Positions 63,896 through 64,000 of a DNA stretch of 64,000 nt are shown here, piece by piece. Each line of letters opens with the position of its first letter. Position 1 is the first letter of the stretch. Location: positions 1,152,616 to 1,216,615 of the forward strand of contig MU058584.1 of the NCBI GenBank assembly GCA_013265495.1. The letters run 5' to 3'. Source of the stretch: Vicugna vicugna (Eukaryota). A program made the translations under genes and the position numbers. The notes beneath the pieces were generated by a model, which saw only the letters and a program-made list of their open reading frames with translations, did no database searches and was not told the DNA's origin.

Positions 63896-64000
63896 GGGGG
63901 AGGGGATAGCTCAGTGGTAAAGTGTGTGTTTAGCATGCACAAGGTCCTCGGTTCAATCCCCAGTACCTCCATTAAAAAGAACAGATAAATAAACCAAATT
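63896..64000 (+). mobile_element. vic-1-like camelid SINE (runs off the window end)
   Basis: gggggaggggatagctcagtggtaaagtgtgtgtttagcatgcacaaggtcctcggttcaatccccagtacctccattaaaaag. Confidence 0.85.

Noticed and set aside
63896..63970. Possible tRNA-Ala gene (also at ~2970-3044, ~55505-55579, ~62600-62677)
   Set aside because: Diverged stems, A-rich tails and, in two copies, TSDs show these are SINE copies rather than functional tRNAs.

Overview
AT-rich mammalian genomic DNA, most likely a camelid (alpaca/llama/vicuna/camel) judging by four copies of a tRNA-derived vic-1-type SINE. The only protein-coding gene I can support is RGS5 (regulator of G-protein signalling 5) on the minus strand. Coding exons 1-4 lie at 36809-36766, 12499-12386, 6509-6448 and 1822-1656. 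They have GT-AG boundaries and compatible phases and splice to a 129-aa open frame: [129 protein letters not shown]. The last exon lies beyond the left edge. A TATA/CCAAT promoter sits at about 36.9 kb, and the ~27 kb to its right is repeat-rich upstream DNA (L1, L2, MIR, MaLR/ERVL LTRs, hAT/Tigger fossils). I see no new multi-gene system. The best leads are: a MER41-like solo ERV1 LTR in intron 1 with STAT/octamer/YY1-type motifs and a consensus antisense splice donor just downstream; a 31-bp templated copy fused to a perfect 48-bp palindrome, which brackets exon 4 with direct repeats; apparent lineage-specific RGS5 residue changes; and a sense-oriented MLT2 LTR plus HRE-like motifs upstream of this oxygen-regulated gene. 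Repeat family names come from visual recall of consensus sequences, and boundaries without a TSD are approximate.
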